A stretch of 64,000 nucleotides of DNA from positions 1,436,901 to 1,500,900 of the forward strand of contig CM082593.2 of NCBI GenBank assembly GCA_040954595.2. Direction: 5' to 3'. Below the pieces are notes generated by a model. It searched no databases, was not told the DNA's origin, and saw only the letters and a list, made by a program, of their open reading frames with translations. How positions within the stretch are numbered: the stretch's first letter is position 1; the number at the start of each line of letters is the position of its first letter. The position numbers and the translations under genes are program-made. Below, one piece after another: positions 1 to 12,183 of the stretch. This DNA is from Balanoglossus misakiensis (lineage: Eukaryota > Animalia > Hemichordata).

Positions 1-169
1 TGTTAGGGATGATGTGTGCTTCATCTAGTTGCAGGCTTGCAGGATTTAGGTAGTTTAGCAAACCCATACTCCTCCTTCATCTGTGAAGGAGGAGGTGGGA
101 AGATAGTCAGTCTATCAGTATCATGTGGATCGAGCCATTACAATGTAACAAGTACATACCGCTTCATTT

Positions 170-268
170 TGAATTAAGCCCCTTATTTGTGGCCACATCC
201 TGTTACTTTTAAATTGAGGGGAGAATTAGATCCACTCACACAAATATGGGGGCTGTGGTCTAATTCAA
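170..268. repeat. Degenerate inverted repeat (probable MITE remnant)
   Basis: TGAATTA-AGCCCCTTATTTGTG versus reverse complement of the right arm TGAATTAGACCACAGCCCCCATATTTGTG. Confidence 0.4.
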
Positions 269-901
269 CTCATAGGCTGAAAGATCTGTGCTTATATTAA
301 ATACATGAAGTCATAGATTTCAAATCCCCCATTTGGCAATTCCAAATCCTCCTGGTGGTGTAGGCGGTATGCAAGTTGAAACACTATTAACCAGTGAGTG
401 CATTGCAAGAAGTGTTGGCGTGTGAAAAAGCCTTAATTTACTCAAGAGAAATGTCCTTATCAAAGTAAAATTTATATTTTTGAATGCCCTTTGTATTTGA
501 TGAAAATTATTTCTTGAAAAGATGAAAATTTCAAACTGTGTGTACATTTATAGAAACTGTATTTCAAATGAATGACTGCTGTGAGATTAAACATTGGAAA
601 TTTTAGCTTGTTTTTCCTAGAGTTATTGCATGTACACTGGTAGATATTGTGCTTTTCAAACCCAGTTTTAAACAAGCAAAATCTCTTTATGTAATATGAA
701 AGAAATTTTTTACAAATGTGTCTTGAAATTTGAATAATTAAACAATACTCCTTGTATCACTGAATACTAATCTGCCCACATATCTTGTATTGTAGGTGTC
801 AATTCTTTGTAGAAGACATGCATTATTGGGTGAGAACATGACAAAAGTCGTGCATAGGTATGTAGGAACAACACACACACAGAACTAGTTTGAGATAACT
901 G

Positions 902-1071
902 CAGTGTGTTTGTTAAGGGCGGTACTCAGGTAAATGTTACCGGGGTTCCCCAGCCATTTTACCAGGGTTACCCTTGGTATATCAATGCAGTCATAGTTTA
1001 GTAGATACCAGAAGCGTTACTGGGGTTCCGAAGTCATTTACCAGTGTTCTCCAGCCTTAGCAAAAACACTG
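902..1071. mobile_element. Degenerate MITE (CAGTG-ended TIRs, hAT-like)
   Basis: Left end CAGTGTGTTTGTTAAGG versus reverse complement of right end CAGTGTTTTTGCTAAGG (15/17), with internal repeats of GTTAC(C/T)GGGGTTCC...CATTT(T)ACCAG. No clear TSD. Confidence 0.6.
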
Positions 1072-1770
1072 CACTGCATGTGTACAAAAACAAGTAGAGA
1101 AACTCCTCAGAAATGATAGCTACTGCACCTTTAGTATTACAAAAAGTGAAATATATTAGTGCAGACACTAATACGAATAACAACCAGTCTCACAATGGTG
1201 CTGCCCCAAATACAATGTTCAGTCCCACACCAGAGCTGCACTAATGCGAATGACTAATTAACAACCAGTAAACTGCACTTTTCGTATATGTGCATGTCCT
1301 CCAGCTGTGTTTGAGTCTTCCTCAAGATATCAACGGTTATTTATTTAGTCTCTGACTTGCAGCATATGTAAAATCACGACAAAAGTACAGGTATACATGC
1401 TTGAAGGATAGAGAGTGTATGGTTCTGCTAAAAAGATTTATGTGAAGGAACTACTTCGACAGTGACAGTGTGGGAAGTCTTCACTTTCCCCGCTCTGATT
1501 CTTTTAGTACTTTCATGGTCCATTTGTTTGATTGGGAGTCAACACGGATATTAATAGCACAATTTTCCGGAATGTGTTTCACACTGTATATATCAGTACA
1601 AAGAGTATTTGTTTAAAAGTATAGTCGGAAGTGAAGAACATGATTCACTCACTTGAGGCGGAGGTGGCCACATTGTAATGACGTAAATTGTTATTAATTT
1701 TGTGTCGATCACTACCCTGACTGAATAGAATTCAGACCTCATTTCCTTCGTGGGTTCCAGAAATGATGAT

Positions 1771-1843
1771 GTGGAGGAGGAAGCGAGAGAGAGAGAGGGG
1801 GAGGTGGAGGAGGAAGAGAGAGGGGGAGGGGAACTGGAGGAAG
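1771..1843. repeat. Purine-rich (GA/GGA) low-complexity tract with internal duplication
   Basis: GTGGAGGAGGAAG-(GA)n-GGGGGA occurs twice, followed by a partial third copy. Confidence 0.75.
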
Positions 1844-3037
1844 GTCAACATGTTCAAACTCGTCACGAGTGACAACTTGATTTTATTTTTGGAAAGGGTC
1901 ACATTTTAGAGTAATGAGACGAAATGCGTCAATAGACATCAGCAATACTAAACATCACGGTACAGCAGCTTGTCGGTGCAATAGCAATATTATTCATAAT
2001 CGTTTGTACAGATTTCAACGTTTACAATTTATCCTTTGGTAATCGGGTATAAGAGTCAGGTTTACTCTTCCCAAGTCAATTTACCCAAAGAAAATGTGTC
2101 ATCACTCACGTGCGTAATATGGGGATGGCAAAAAAATCAGAAACCATGTAAAATATGAGGTTGCGTCATTCTGCTTTCTGTCACTTCTAAGAAGCAGCAA
2201 AAACAAGACCCTGTCAGTGTAAAAATGGAACCCATCCCTACGGCCGATTTTAATCAGAGGAAACCATACGGTGAGCCTTAGGAATCAAGACAGGGTATTT
2301 CTAAAACTAGAAGTCAATAAAGCAACCTCTTTTGTTAACTGCAACCTTTACCGCTGCCTTTTAGCCCACATCCTCAGAACACCAGACTTGTCGGCTTTGG
2401 AATATTCCTTGTGTATTGCTATAACCACATTTGATTCGCCAGTAATGTCAGTCAACGCTACAAACTGTCACATATTCCCCACCACCGCTTCTGTCGTGAC
2501 ATTTTCTGATAAACAGCGGTCCTTGTAGTGGACCTGCGAGGCACTGACGTTTTCAATATTTTATTGGCTTCTCTAAATTTAAAGAAAGTGTGTGAAAGCC
2601 TGGCGTTCTTGTCGGAGCTTGCAGTTGTTAAACCTTCAACCCTGACGCATATGTGCATGCTTAAATCCTGAACTTTTACGCAAAACGACTGTAGAATCAT
2701 GGAGTACCTCCATGGTAGAATCAAGTGTAATTCAGTGATATCGTTCAAGAAATTCAGGTCTTTTCAACGTCATTTCTTGTCTGAAAATGATGCATATAAA
2801 TACAATTATACTTAGTACATCATTTAATAAAATCATTTTTCCAGTGACGTGGTTCATTTATCGTGTTCTAAACAGGGCATTAGTATTTTGCATTGACAGT
2901 AGTTTATGTTCATGAATGCAGACACTATTGGTACCACTGTCAAATTTCACATCTAACCATATTTCCAGACTGTTCCTGGTTTTGGTAGTTTAGTTTTACC
3001 GCTGTTGTCTATGAGTGTCAACCAGGACGGTGAAACC

Positions 3038-3137
3038 CACAGGCGCCTGAAGATGTCGAACGGCAAAGCTGAAGAATTTTACATATAGTATACTAGTACA
3101 GCCAGCTGGGGCCGTTCGACATCCTCAGGCACCTGTG
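3038..3137. repeat. 100-bp fold-back element with 27-bp arms
   Basis: 3038-3064 CACAGGCGCCTGAAGATGTCGAACGGC is 25/27 identical to the reverse complement of 3111-3137. Flanking 8-mers gtgaaacc and ttcaaacc may be a decayed TSD. Confidence 0.8.
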
Positions 3138-6100
3138 TTCAAACCCATCATTCAAATCAATCATAGTTTATTTATGCAGTCGCCGATAACTGTATTCTTG
3201 CTCGACTTCATAGTCGATGCTTTGACGTCATCAGTATCGTGTTCGACCATTGAAACAGGTTAGCGGCTTGCTTAATGAGAAGACAAACGTAATATACTAT
3301 CTTGCACTTTCGGAGTGGCTGAACAATTGTAAAAAGACCATCCCATTATTCTACATAGGTACATAAATCTTCCTGTCTGTATATGTCTGTCAGTTTCTGT
3401 GTCTGTCGTCTGTCTATCTGTCAATGCTTTCTTGGGTGTTCACTGACAGTAACAGAACTTAAAAGAACACGTTTGTAACTGTCACACGATGACATTATCA
3501 TTAATTTAATTCTCTTCACTAAAAGTGGGAATTGTCCAACTAAAGGGCAAGGGCAACGCTGCGACATAAACAAGTTAATTTATTTATAATTGTTTCATTT
3601 GGTTTGACTCTGATTCTTGGAGAAAACGGGCAAATCAGAGCACCTTGTAAATATGTGTACTTTGTTAACTTCTGCGGGGAGCGGGATCAGATGTGTTATT
3701 CATTGACACCTCAACATCGAAAAGGCCTTGTGGTAAATCTATACGGATCCAGGGGGGACTGAATGCTAATATGAGGTCATCGCTTGATGTGTATTGTAAC
3801 AAGCTGACGCTACACACAATCTAGCGAACGACACAACAACTCAACAAAGAGGTGATAGCGAGCGATACCCCTAATTTTCTGGACCATAATGTTATTCAAG
3901 GCCAGAACTACAATTCAATTAACTGTTTTTGAATTTTCATCAAAGTGTCAGCGCTTTTTATGTACACGAAAGCAAATTGGCCAACCCAGCGGCCTGAAGA
4001 AACTATTGTTCGTTGTAAAATTCGATTTGCCAATATCATAGCTGGTTATACGTATATGGGCTGTGATGACAAGCTCAATAATGAGCATGTCAACATTAGA
4101 AACATACACACGGATTAAGAACACCAAAGATTTTATCAACATTTACATCTAGTGTCATCAGTTAAAAGGGAATGATACAGCAGCAGTAATGATAATTAAC
4201 AAAAAAATGAAAATGCATGTCACTGCATGTCCTAATTCCATTTTATTGATTTAAGATAGCATTGGCCACATCGCTACTCACATGTCTGTGTGTCTGTTTG
4301 TCTGCCCAAGCTATTATGGCATCTAATGTACATACTGTATCACCAATCCATTAAGAATTACAATCTGTGTCTGTACAAAGTGATTTTCGTGAACTGATCA
4401 AACGGAGACACGATAAAAATATCCCTGTGTACATAGAGCTGACATCTTTTTATTTTCTACTTTTTTCATTTCCGATTCGCAAGTTTCCGTTTATCTAGCA
4501 GTATCAGCTTCACTCTTTTCATAATATCTTGACAATCACTACAAGTTATCCGAATCATGTAAGCTAATGGCGATTTATTCTATGTCAAAGAGAGCTTTTT
4601 GAATTTCGATTCATATCACGTCGGTCGTTAATTACTCCAAATGGTGTTTGAGTTCAGATTGATGATTCCTAGTCGGTGAATGTTCAGTCGAAGGTGGCAG
4701 GGAAAATCCGTTCGGTATGCAACGTGTTGACGTCGACATTTCCTAGAAATGATTGTGCCGTTAATATATGACGCCAGGACGGGAGTGATCGTTAAGGTAG
4801 TACAGGCCTCGTGGACAGGTGTCTTGGATTATTTGCCGGAGGTCCTTATATAGATTGCTCTCAGAGAGTTTACTTTGTTCTGTGTACTGTGTTATCTTTA
4901 CTGTACTGAGCTGTGTTGCTGATAGGCTGTGCTGTGATGTGATGTGGTGTGATCTGCTCTTTTGTGTTCGTCTTTGCGGCTATCCATACGCATGTGGTTT
5001 GGCAGATTTTATGGAATATGAACTGTATACGTTTTGATACGAAGCTTCTTGTTTGAAGTGAAATCAACTAGCATTTCACAATCACAAATCAATCTTCGGT
5101 TAAAATGAAAAAGTCCGAACCCAAGCCGAGATATCTTTCAGTATGACATTTAAAGTAGACTCTTCTTAAACACTAAATTTTGACCATTAACTGTCAAACA
5201 CTTCGGAAATTCGATTTAGCAATAGGTGGCATGGCAATTTTCTGCACTTAATTGCAAGTTTTATTTGGCTTGTATGAAAAGAAGGTTTAAGGTTGAGACT
5301 GGTAGAGCGATATATTTACCCAATTTTCCTCGGTGACCTTTAGAAACAAAACGACACAATAAAATATCTCGCTGATAAATGTGAAATTAAATAATAAACG
5401 TCTATTTTCAGGTTGGCCTTTTTGTCTTGGTTTCCCTGAATTCATTCTTAACGCCTGGAATAGTAACCGTACCGAAAACATTTAATTGGTATATGGAGGA
5501 GAGATTTCCTTAAACGTGCTTAATGTGAGCCACAGGATATCAGGGGAAATTCCATTATTTTCATTTGAAAGACAAGGATGCGGTATAAGGCGGAAACTCG
5601 TGTTCTATTTCCACGAACTACTCCATGGACGTGTGACGCAACAAGTTCAGAGACAGCGAGACATGCATACAAGACTGTGCAGTAAAAATGCTATTGCAGA
5701 CGCCAATCGTGATAGCCATGGTGTGTTCACCCATTTATTCATATGACACATTGATCTGTTTATTTGCAAAAAAGGATTGAGCGACCATGTGGTGCGTGAT
5801 ATTTCCAAGTTCACGGTGTGAGTGCGTGACGTATCCACCAAGGATTACACTATATCAGTTTTGGTTATTTCAAAGCAACATTTTAATCCGACAAATTTAA
5901 ACTTGCGATTCATAACCGAATCAATATTCAAATAACTCTGCATCAACATTTGTTACACTGCACTGGAAATCCTTGACTTTGATAGTTCCAAAACAGTCCA
6001 TTTTCATAATTTTAAAATTGCAAAAAGAAAGGTCCTAAATATAGACTGACGTAATAATACTTTGAGTCCGATTCTTGGACTAAAAATACTTCAGATGTCG

Positions 6101-6197
6101 ATGATGTTGCGTATCCCCCAAAAATACAGCACCTGCTAGTATGATGAACTTCCACTCGTATTGTAGTACCAATAGAAGCTCGTAAAGATTGTTGGGT

Positions 6198-6593
6198 TTA
6201 GTTTCTGGCTGTGGGTATTCCCTGAGGCTGAGACACACTTCTACCTATTCTAATTCTACGACCACAAAAGTGCCCTGTCGTGCATGGCCGCCACGGTGGT
6301 CGTCTCCTCTTCGCATTTCTGTCCTTCTGTCTGTTAGAAATCTCTTGTGTTTCTTCAATAATGTCTGCGGCTGCTTCTTGACTATCTTCGGTGTCCTCGT
6401 CTGCCGTCAGGGTCGCGGCGTTTCGCTGTTCCAGCCATTCCAGAAACGATTCCCGCAGCCAGCGGTGGACGATGCTACGTTTCCTGAGTGAAAGATCCTG
6501 TATACGGTCAAAGTCGAGGTCTGTGTAAGCTTGGCAGTGAAGGATGTGTATCCCAACAAGGCAGAGAATTGAGAGTGCCGCAAACGGCGACAT
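6198..6593 (-). CDS. Neuropeptide/peptide-hormone precursor (131 aa), orphan; predicted cyclic amidated peptide (R)RPPWRPCTTGHFC-NH2
   Basis: Hydrophobic signal peptide (MSPFAALSILCLVGIHILHCQA), RKR cleavage site, acidic spacer (DEDTEDSQEAAADIIEETQE), KRRR site, then C-x5-C-G-RR (disulfide plus amidation signal). A good acceptor (ttttttgtttag) lies 12 nt upstream of the ATG, so the exon starts at 6605. Minus-strand AATAAA at 5734-5739. Confidence 0.8.
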   Translation of the reverse strand: MSPFAALSILCLVGIHILHCQAYTDLDFDRIQDLSLRKRSIVHRWLRESFLEWLEQRNAATLTADEDTEDSQEAAADIIEETQEISNRQKDRNAKRRRPPWRPCTTGHFCGRRIRIGRSVSQPQGIPTARN

Positions 6594-8965
6594 CTTGTTA
6601 GGTTCCTAAACAAAAAAGCGCACAATATAAGAACGTAAGTTAAGATAGACATGAGTGGTACTTGGGCCTATATCTGATAAGCATTTAAATGCAATTTTAC
6701 CTGATTAGATCATACTATATTCTTGTAAAAGCAACTGGCATGATACTCACTGAATAGAAGAAGTAATTGACTAGTCTTGCGGTAGTATCCTAAAAAATGA
6801 ATCGAATGCCTAGGCTTCATTTAAAAAGAAAAACTTTGCAGAGTCCAAGAAGGGCAGGCTGTGAGAGTTTATTGGTCAATCATTTTGAGACAATGACTGA
6901 TGCACACGTAAAGACAATTCAAAGGGTAGCATATTTCTAAATGCCCCACTCCAAGCGATATATATTGATAACGGGAATGACGATCACTACTGGTGATTTT
7001 TGATTCATTATTCTGAATTCTCCCCTGGTGCTTGATCGTTTCTCTTTATGAGTTCCTCGCAAAACGGAAATTCCCTCGTTCAGGCAGGTGAATTATTTAT
7101 TAAAGTGGAAATGATTACTTAGTCTTGTTAAACTGTTGATCACTTGAATTAACTGAATGGGCATGGATGCAATGCGCGACGGGGATACACGTAGTATACA
7201 GGCAGTTTATTAAGATTGCACGTAGAATCGGGGATATAAACGGTTAATCAAATACATTGCACAATTTCGATCTGACGTCAATAACTGGGATGTTTGATTG
7301 GACGGTGTAAAGCTAAGGATGTTGAAAGGCAAATTACATAAATTGGACAGATATGGTGAAATGATTTCAAAGATTCCAAGTGAAACTATCAAGAACTGGT
7401 TACATAAAGGCAGTAAGTGGCACATGGATTTTGCTTTGCCCCCCTCCCCGCCTTCATTTCGAGTTCATCTTCGTATTGGCTTTAAGTTTCACAAGGTGCT
7501 GCGCATTACATTTACAGTTGCAGCTCTGACAGAAATGGCATTTTAAACCAATATGGTGTCCATGGAAACCGTTTTTCACTAAATATGGATGATCGGAATT
7601 CATGTATTATTCAGGATCATCCAAATTATAATATTATCCATTAAATAAATTTGTCTGGACATGACGATGACGTCAAAAAATAAACGAAATTGTCAGGGTC
7701 GTCTATCGACGAAAAAGCTGAAATCAGATTCATTTTCACCTGTAGAACCTATCTTGACAATTTTTAGTGAATGATTCGCTTTTAGATAATTTAGGTCGGA
7801 GGCTGTATTATGTGTGGTCTCCACATACTTGAGTTCAGATGAAATTTGCTTCATAGAATCGTATACGCCATCGTATAATGTGGAAGTCACACAACCTTTA
7901 ATGCAGTTAAAGTTTAATGTAAGTATCGATCGCTTGAAGTGAATCCTTACGACTTTTTGTGCGTTTAATTCAGGGAAACGTGTGGTCGTACTATGAAGTC
8001 AAAGCCATAACAGTGTAGAAGACAATATCGCACAAAAATAAGGAGATTTTGAATTTTTATTTGTTCAAAGTATAAGTTAGCATGCTGATATAAATTGGAA
8101 CGGTTATTGACTTACATAAACTGGTACATAAAATTCGTCTTTGATCGATGTTACGCATATTTTGCATGCAGATTATACAACCTCTTGTAAACCTCTATAA
8201 ACGTCTTGTGTTTTGCCAAAAAGAGATACCAAGTTCGTCTTTTTTCAAGTTCAAGGCGTACTTTGAATAATTTGACATCCCCGGAAATGGGAGAATAATG
8301 CAATAGGCATATCGCTATACGCATGACAAAGCCTTTTAATAACTTGCGTGTATTATTCAGTGAAGACCTTCAATAACACATAAGAAGTAACAGCTATTGG
8401 TGATACGTTTCTGTACTTGACATTTTGTTGGGTGTATTTTTCTTTAAGGCATGTTTACGAATGAATAAATTCAAATAAATAAATAAATATAATACTGTGC
8501 CTAAGCAAACGGAAGGAACTAATCTTTTAAAACATAACTTAATATTTGCCAAATATCACCTAACTATTTTCGTCATGCGTAATCCTAAAGCCACTAAAGC
8601 ATAAGAAGCAACGTCACTTTAGAAGTACATGTAAGTTGAAGCTTGCATTCGTATGAAACGCGTATGTAGGTAACGTTAACATGCTTAAATGAGGGTGCAG
8701 ATCATTAATGAAGAAAGATTAAGTGAAACATACGTATTCCAAATCCTCCCTGTTTACAGTTCGCTTTAATTCGTCTTATTTTACTGTGATTTTGTGAGAA
8801 TAAATTTTGCATCGATATTGCGACGGCTCGTTTTGTGTTCCATTTGAAGGAAATCAAACATTTTCACTGAGTTTTAAAGATAAATCTGATAGATATGTGG
8901 TCCTTGAGCTGTAAAAACTTGCAATCTGAGCATACATGTCCTAACAGAAGGAGCATTTCTCTTAC

Positions 8966-9093
8966 CTTATCTTTATATTCTGTTTAAAAGTGAACAATAG
9001 GCAGGGTATCCCGTCACATTGAGTTCCCAGTCACCGATCTTCCTTGCTTGCTTTTCCAATCCGTTCTGTCACTTGAGGGACACGGCGTTTATA
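8966..9093 (-). promoter_or_regulatory. Predicted TATA box and non-coding first exon of the prohormone gene
   Basis: Minus-strand TATAAA at 9088-9093, about 95 nt of exon after the expected start site, then a strong donor AAG|GTAAGA at 8966/8965. This donor can pair with the acceptor at 6605 (intron about 2.36 kb). Confidence 0.55.
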
Positions 9094-12000
9094 TTCAAAT
9101 GGTCGTACTCTGTCTTGCGTGGGAGGTTAGAAATTTAGTTTTAATGAACGGAGAGGTGGGAGGATTTCACACAAGGAAACAACATCTCAAGTTGTTCAAG
9201 ATTACTAATGGCCACCTTACACCAAACACAAGTGGGCATTATTTGTAATATTTCTGACGTCGATGACAAACAATTACTGTTTATTATAATGAACAACAAT
9301 GGAAACTAAAATCGGACTGAAAACTCGATAGAGATATTAAGATTATTGTTTGTATATATTTTGCTGTCTAGATCTCCACTTTTCATGGTAACTGTAGCTA
9401 AAGCTGCATGGCTGATGATATCTTTAATCCGATCAAATGCTCAAACATTCTATGATATGAAGTTTAATTTATGATGTTTCTTTGAAGACATTTCTTTTAC
9501 AAACATATCCGTGTATGATTTGTGTGTCAATACAATTACACTTAGATGCAAGCTTATCACAAGATGTTCTTTTCGCGGAATTGGCACTCTTTAGCTCAGT
9601 CAGGAAATGTAAAGAACGGAAACGAACTGATCTTCGTTTCAGAAGAAGCCGGTATTCTGAACAGGAAGGTGTTTCCACTTGTTTTCAAAGACGACAGCAA
9701 AGGTCAGAACATTAATACAAATTATTTCCGCTTAATAAAGTTGGAATTAATTATCTTAGATGGCAGATGAAGAAAGGGCATGGGGTGAGATTCTTGCATT
9801 TGGAGTGTAAAACTAGTCAATTACACTACGGTTAATAAAATTAGCGACAATGGGATTCCTAAAATGGACTGAACTGTCGTATTTGTCGGAGTGAGATCTA
9901 TATTAGTTATGGCGAGAAGAAGTAACGTTCTCCAAGTGCGTGCAAGTAATTCAACATGATGCAGACTATTAAAGAGACTACCGGTACATAGATGTTCTTT
10001 TCCATACCGGAAACAAAGAATGGTGTCACCTTCGAAAATCTCGGAAAAGGATAAAATGCTGACGATTTTAACTTGATCGCAGAAAATGTCATAGTTGAGA
10101 GGATTTATTTGTATGTAAAATGTCATTTTGAAAATATACAAGTTAATAACTTGTTTTCAGAAACGGAATATGGAGTTAGCCCGATATGAAAATAAGACAT
10201 CGATCACGCTTCCATTTGTAGTCCCTTTACGTGCATACTTGCATGCTACCTTATTTCAACAAGGTTGATCTTTGTAACGTTTTTAGAAACAGTCATTGTC
10301 AGGTTCAAGTTGTCAAAAATGTCAACAACTTATTTTAAAAGGTTACTCACAGGTGCTACCATATAAGGCGATATTAAAAAGTTACTAATTGGACGACTCG
10401 TTTACCTGTGATAGGCCATTTTTTCCAGTTGCTGTAATTGTTTAACAGTAAAATATGAATGTGTTATGTGTTAAATTTTCTTCAAGACGTTTGTGTCTCA
10501 GTTACTGTAACCTACATGTAGTAATGACTCATGCTGTGGTTCAATAAGAAACCCTGAGATATTCCTTCAAAGCAGAATACTATTCTCTCCTTGATCTTGT
10601 CCAGATCGTTCGGCTCGTCACGTGACAGATTGTCGGTCAAATGCCAAATTATCACTAATGAATCTGTGACTTGAGCGAGTTATGGAAGCGTAAAACACGA
10701 TCCATAGCAACGCATCCTTGACCCAATAGATGCACCATATGAGTGACGTCTGCCTTTTCAAGATCCCATGTCGCATTTCAGAGGAATCAGGGATGTTTTT
10801 CATTTAATCCGTTCGTTATCAATACTTTTAATGTGAATAAGACCAACTCACACTCTATACACATGTAGAAATCAATTATATTATGTATTTCTGGAGTAGA
10901 AGACGGGTTTTTAAAGGTCTTGGAGCCGTCTACAATATTTGATTCATAAGTTTTGCATTACATTGTATTTCCAACATGTAATCATACCTCTGTGAACAGG
11001 TGTAAATACGTTGCAGCATGTTAACGTTTCTGATTATAGGTCGCGAACTGTAAAGTTAGTTTTGCAAAGTAGGGGTTATTGATATAAGTGTGTTGCTAAA
11101 CACATCTCAGCATACAGTATTGCGGTGTGAGCACTGATGAATAGAATACGCCCCCAGCGGTTGATATCGTTAAACCTTTGTCTCTGCACAAGTCGTGCAT
11201 CATTTTTGGATTTCTGCTCATTTGAAAATATGTGAAAATTTAAATTAAAATGTACACACACGTTGAAATTTATAGATTGAAAATTATTATCGCTCGTCAT
11301 ACCTGTTATATATGATCGTTTCAAATATAGCAACTATGCCCTAGTTTTCCAAGAGTTCACGTGCACCTGGGCTTATCGACGCCAAACGATTGGTTCATTA
11401 CACCTGTTGTCCATACTAAAACAAGACCCCCCCCCCTTTGTACAGTCCACTGCCACATTGAATGCTCAGTGTCTCATGAACGCACAGCTCTGTTGTAATG
11501 CCCCAGTAACTGCGAATTTGGAGACCTTCTCTGTTCCCGTTGAAACTAGACGGCAGGGTGAGTTTCCGTGGAAACTTCTTTGCGAAGTAATTTCATAGTG
11601 TTTTTGTAGTAAATATGGGTAGAGTGTATGGCTCTTTTCTCTCAAATCTATAGACTGATTCACCGTATATTCTCTTTCTTTGGTTTCAGCAGACAGTGTC
11701 AGGTTGATTTTGTCTTGTGCTTCAGGGGTTTGTTTTTGCCCTGTCGACCGTTTATCCCCCTCCATTTATCTGTGATGGTACAAATGGTTGCATTATACAA
11801 GTATATTTATGTTTTATATATGATGTTTTAGCAGCGTCTCAAAAGTGGATGGGTGGGTTCAAAAATGAATTGTTGTTCCTATTTTATTGGATCCTGCCTA
11901 ATTCACTTTGACTGGTTTAAATTTGTTGCAGTTTAGAAGCTTTTGAAGATGACTCCGAATGAGAAGAGAACAGACATCTGAAGAAATCAACGAAATGGTA

Positions 12001-12183
12001 AGTTTTTATAAACATGGACCACGTGGCAAGGTTTCCTCGTGTCGACGCAGACACCTGTAAAGAGTTTGATGAGCAGCGCCCCCTACAGGGACAATACAAA
12101 TTACATCCTCGAACACTTTACGCACTGCACTATGGCTGAGGTCATTTTGACACGTTGGCCATTCCGATAATGTCTCTGAAATA

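Noticed and set aside
4819-5037. Cys-rich 72-aa ORF
   Set aside because: The cysteines come from a (TGTGA/TGTGC)-type simple repeat; there is no true ATG start or signal peptide.
6198-6593. Assignment of the prohormone as CCAP, MCH, vasotocin or somatostatin/AstC
   Set aside because: It lacks the NAFTG core of CCAP, the upstream Cys of MCH, the neurophysin and PxG tail of vasotocin, and the FWK/FNP core with C-terminal position of somatostatin/AstC. No gene symbol was given.
6189-6652. ORFs overlapping the prohormone (6189-6491 plus, 6407-6652 minus)
   Set aside because: Antisense or alternative-frame shadows of the better-structured 6198-6593 ORF.
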